A stretch of DNA of 64,000 nt from Caecitellus pseudoparvulus (taxonomy: Eukaryota; Protista; Bigyra: Bicosoecida): assembly GCA_965644315.1 (NCBI GenBank), contig CBFFRQ010000066.1, forward strand, positions 434,001 to 498,000. Direction: 5' to 3'. Made by a program: the position numbers and the translations under genes. This document shows positions 59,581 through 64,000 of this stretch, one piece after another (the stretch's first letter is position 1; every line of letters begins with the position of its first letter). The notes below the pieces were generated by a model. It made no database searches. It was not told the DNA's origin and saw only the letters and a program-made list of their open reading frames with translations.

Positions 59581-61763
59581 TCAGCCAACGGCGCCCTGTG
59601 CGCTGGCCCCTGTCAATGCCTGGACCAACTCGCGCGCTTGGTCAGCGTTTCGAGCATTCACCGTTGGCACCACGCGCCTGGCTCCCAGCCACTTCACCGC
59701 CTCCCTCAGCTCCCTGAAACTCGAATGCTCGCTGTACGGCACGCCATACAGCGTCACGCCACCCCTGAACTCATGGGCAGCCTGCACTGTGCGCGGTTGG
59801 CTGCCGCCGCGCCGGCTTCGTGACTTGTCACCCGCCAAGACACGAGCTGGGCGGGAAGTGCCGCCTGTGCCAGGGGCACCTGGAGGCACCTGCGTCGGCG
59901 GTGTGGCCTCATCAGCCTCCCTCTGGGTGTCTTGGGTCGTGGGGATGCCCAGCTGGGTCACCTGCGTTCCACCACTCGCCTGCCCAGCGGCTACAGCTGG
60001 CCCGAGGAACCAGGCTGGGTGACGGGCCCGTGCGCCGCCGCCCCTCTGCGCTGCCGTCACACGCACGCCCCCGCTCGCGAAGCCCGTTGGGAGGAGCACT
60101 GTTGCAGCTTTGCGCTGCTCTGCCACTCCTCGCAGCATACTGCGTGCGCCCGGCACTGCGCCAGGTGACGGCGGCGTGCCTGCCGCAACGTGGGCAAGGA
60201 GGCCCGGTGACTTGGCAGCGCTGCTCAACTCACGGGAGAGCAGTGACAGCGTGCCTTGTGAGAGCGTCGGCTCATCCTGGCCACAACCCAGGGCGGCCAT
60301 GACGTCGGCTTCGTCGGAGCAGGAAGCTACCTGCCCCCCTGAGCCCTGCGTGAAGGTCCACCCAGTGGGCTTCCAAGCCATCACAGAGTGGAATCTGTCA
60401 AAAACCGACACCCTGCCTGCTCGCCCGTCTGTCTCCGTCAGCAGGCCCAGGGACAGCGCCACCTCCTCTTCGCCTTCGACAGGCTCCTGTGCACTTGCCT
60501 CTGTGCCCTTCAGGACGGCACGGTTTGCGCGGAGGAAGCGGGAGTTGCGCCCGGTGCCAAGGCGTGGCTGCTTGGCCGCCGAGGCTGCTGCCTCTTTCAG
60601 CGTAGCCAGGCGTTGGGCGAGCTTGTCAATGGCCAGGTCGCCCATGCCAACCACATGAATCCTGCAATGGGCGCACGGGGTGTTCTGTGGGTGCCAGCGC
60701 TGCTCGCTCAGGCCGCTGCCACGCACCTGGCTTGACTCTCAACTGTGGTGAGGCGAGCCAGGTGACGCTTGGACAGCCCGCAGCGCTGCAGCACACGCCA
60801 CTTGGACGGGCTGACGAACACACGCTCGTCCAGTGCATCGGCGACAGCAAGGAAAAGGCGCTCCTTCCCAATGGTGTAGGTGCCAAACATGAACAGCACC
60901 GCTGGGTCGTGGGCCATGCGCTTGCACTCCCGCACAACCGCTGCAACCACTGCCTCCTGCGCGGGGAAAATGTACTTCGCATCTGCATACGTCGTGTCCA
61001 GATACAGCGCATCCAGGGGACGCCCCCCTGCGCCCACCGCGTTGGCGCGCAGCGGCGCGTGCCACTTCATCTTGGGGTGCCAGCGAAAGTCACCCACGTG
61101 CAAGTACACCTGCTGCGCCGGCGTGGTGATGAGCCACATGGCAGCACCAGGGCAGTGGTTCGCGTCTAGCAACACCACCGTGCACCCCAGCACCTGCACG
61201 GGTTCGTTCATGGGCACCTCCCGGATACGGGAGGCGGGGACACGCAGCTGTTGCTGCACGAGTGCCGCCGTGACTGGGTTGCAGTACACGGTGCCCCCAT
61301 CCCACGCACTGGTCAGGCCCCCGTAGTGATCCGAGTGGAAATGCGTCAAGATGTACGCGCTGGCCCGCCCATCCTGCCAGGCGTAGTGGAAGCCATCCAC
61401 AATGAAGGGTGTCCCCGGCACTCGCTTGTGGGGGGGCGGCTCCCGACGCGGGCCTGATGGAGCAGCAAAGAACCGCCCTCGCTTGCTGGGCTGACCCCGC
61501 CCACGGCCAAACGGGCGCTTGACACCACGTGCCCCTGCGCGCCCGCTGCCATGTGCTTTCGGGGCCATGAGCGCCGCGAAGGCATTTGGCTTGCTTGAGC
61601 CAGACGGCGGCAGAGCAGGAGGCACCGTGTCTGCAGCGCCCTGCGGACTGGTAGGGGAGGGCGAGTCCACCAAGTCCACGACAACATTGCTGTTGCTCCT
61701 TCGGTTGTCATCTGCCGCGGGGTTAGGCTGCCCGGTGACTGCCCGCCACAGTCTAGGCAGCAT
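59581..61763 (-). CDS. DCLRE1A: SNM1A/Pso2 DNA cross-link repair nuclease (MBL/beta-CASP)
   Basis: FIVDGF, LTHFHSDHYGGL, LLDANHCPGA, LHVGDFR, LYLDTTY, GTYTIGKERL, VPYSEHSSFREL, VVPTVN. One intron near 60662-60727. Confidence 0.92.
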
Positions 61764-62050
61764 GCCTCGCGTGCGTGGTGCTGCGGAAATTGCCCCACAC
61801 CTCCTCGCACTGTGGAGCTCCAAACACGATCAGCTGGGCGAGGCGGGCGCCCGGTGCATTTTGCGGCATCTGTGCAACTGGTAGCAGGACCGTTGAGCTC
61901 ATTTTGGCTTGGCATTTGTGGGCTCTGGACCATTGCTCCCTGTCCGTGGCTGCGTGCCACGCTGCAGAGCCTCATGGCCAGGGGAACTGCTGGCATCAAG
62001 TCTCTCCCAGCCACTGCAAGGGCCACCTGCTTTCGACGCGGGCCTCCTGC

Positions 62051-62572
62051 CTACACAGACACATACCACCGGCCCTTGTTGCGGCGCTGGTTCAGCACTC
62101 GGCGGCCTCCTTTCGTGTTCAGGCGCTTCAAGAAGCCGTGAGTGCGCTGCCGCTTGACATTGCTGGGCTGGTATTGCCGCTTCACAGCTTGCATGCCCTC
62201 GTCGTCTCCTGCGGCACAAGGGGCAAGCGTTGCCCGCGGAAAGGCGAGCTGACGCCAGTGTCGCTGCGCACTCACCCTGCTCAGCCCAAGACGGGAGCTC
62301 CAGGAACGAGCCGTTGGGCAGCTGGGGAGGAAACTCCGGTGCATGGCTAGATGGGAGATCTGACCCCGTTGTATGGGGTGTCAGGCACTGGAAAGTGGGT
62401 GCTGGGATGCCTGCAGCGTGGAGTGGGTGGCGAGCTATTTCCGCATCACTGCCAACGCTGCCCCTGACGCTCTCCCGCACGCACCGAGGTCTGCAGCTGC
62501 CCACAACGCGCGATGACCAGTCAGAGTAGTTCGCAGAACCCCCCGGGTTGCACACACTACTGCAGCAGCCAT
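62051..62572 (-). CDS. MRPL34: Mitochondrial ribosomal protein bL34m, 3 exons
   Basis: [38 protein letters not shown], preceded by a spliced presequence-like extension [23 protein letters not shown]. Confidence 0.9.
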
Positions 62573-63047
62573 GACACCGGGGGTAGATGGTGGGGTTGGC
62601 AAATCGGCACGAACGCTGACTTCGTGCTGGAGCTGGTCAGTGCTGGGTGTGTGGCGAGGACAATGAAGCAGCCAGAGGCTGATGCAGGGTTGCTAGGGAT
62701 GCTGATTTGCCATGCGCCTGCAAGTGTGCCAGGGCTCGGTGGAACCTGGTGGTCCCACGCAGCGCGGTGCAAGCATGCCTTGGCACCCCTTGCAGCGAGA
62801 CACCGGCCCTGCGACGATTCGCGGGGAGAGGGAGGCGGCCGAACCTCAGCACTCGTGTAGTTGACTCGCTCTGGCCTTCTCCGATGAGCAGCGTGCTGCA
62901 GGCCGCTGTCCCTGCGCCAGCAACGGAGCTCGTCGCTCAGCGCCAAATCCCCGTTCAACACAACCACTCCATGCCCCACCTGCACGGCTGCTGGACGCCA
63001 CTGCGTGTGCCACTCCCTCCACTTTGCCCTGCACCCCGTGCACAACC

Positions 63048-64000
63048 ATGGCAGCGGCAGCAACAGGCGACAAGCAGGCCACGGCCAAGGCCGGCAACCC
63101 GGCCGAGCGCCGGACCATCCGCATTTCCATTGAGGGCAACATCGCAGCAGGCAAGAGCACCTTCCTGCGCATCTTGTCTCAGTCTGACATGGACTTCATC
63201 GTCGTCCCCGAGCCGGTGCAGAAGTGGCAGGCGCTGCCTGCTGATGATGATGAGGCGTGGGTTCAAAATCCGCGCGCGCACGTGGTCTTGCCTGGCGTCA
63301 CGCCCCACTGCTTCCCCGCGCCACGCTGTGCAGCTCTGCGAGTCAACAAGATGGCTGCAACCTCCTGCATGCCTTTTATGAGGACCCGAAGAAGTGGGGC
63401 TTCTGCTTCCAGACCTATGCCATGCTCAGCAGGTCAGACTCTGCTGGCCCACCCACGGACACTTGCAGGGCGCCACTCACACCCGCTTTCCCCTGTGCAG
63501 AGTCCGCGGCATGGCCCGCAGTGTGCAGGAGTTCAAGGCTGCCTCTGCTGCATACAAGCTGACGACACAGGATGACTACCGCAAGCGTCCCCGCGCAGAG
63601 GCGGACGCAGACACGGAGGAGGCCGCTGCGCCATCCTCTCCCGCCAAGCGGCCGCGGGGGGAGGGCGGCGAAGCGGGCGCCGTGCCCCCCCCACCGCCCC
63701 CTGGCGTGCTGAAGGTGACGGTGCAGGGGCATACGTGTCCGCTGGAAGAGGGCTCCACGTTCCTGCAGTACAGTCCCGACACCGGCCTCACGCAAGTGGA
63801 GGAGGGCCAGGGCGACTTCCACGCCCTGGTCTCAGTGAACGGCGTGCTGGTGCTGAAAGCCTTGACCGGCCCTGCCGTGGTGGCTGCGCCTGATGCCTCC
63901 ACCACGCCCTTGCCTGTGGGCGGCACGGCGTGCCTGGCACCGGGCCACACGCTGGCGCTGCAAGACGGCGCCGTGGCGACGGTGGAGACCGTGGATAAGG
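63048..64000 (+). CDS. Deoxynucleoside kinase (dCK/dGK family), truncated by the window edge
   Basis: ISIEGNIAAGKSTFL (P-loop), VVPEPVQKWQ, NLLHAFYEDPKKWGFCFQTYAMLSR. Two introns, then an open frame to the window end. Confidence 0.9.

Noticed and set aside
62051-62344. Bacterial-like rpmH suggesting HGT or contamination
   Set aside because: It has two spliceosomal introns and a presequence, so it is an ordinary nuclear-encoded mitochondrial bL34.
1-64000. Mobile elements, tRNA/rRNA, programmed frameshifts or an alternative genetic code
   Set aside because: I saw no transposase/RT/integrase motifs or RNA-gene signatures. The frame changes I traced are explained by GT-AG introns, and recognisable proteins end at standard stops.

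Overview
GC-rich, gene-dense eukaryotic nuclear DNA. It has about 35 protein-coding genes, mostly split by short GT-AG introns (donor mostly GTGCGT/GTGAG, C-rich acceptor ...CAG), with very short intergenic spacers. Axonemal/IFT genes (DNAI3/WDR63, CFAP206, IFT74), an AP2 factor and a DASH subunit suggest a flagellated protist, plausibly a heterotrophic stramenopile (inference). I found no rRNA, tRNA, CRISPR or transposon. Gene models were spliced by eye and family calls come from recalled motifs, not database searches. Most long ORFs in the supplied track are antisense or off-frame shadows. Main findings: (1) a strand-specific CAATGCA heptamer just downstream of many stop codons, a candidate non-AAUAAA poly(A) signal that forms a palindrome between convergent genes; (2) an intact, locally duplicated mitochondrial carrier that has lost most of its matrix-gate salt-bridge residues; (3) a two-exon Dad4-like DASH/Dam1 gene not resolved by the ORF track; (4) a deoxynucleoside kinase interrupted by a large insertion; (5) a bHLH with His at the conserved Arg12 position; (6) a recurrent AATTTCCGC element near 5' ends.
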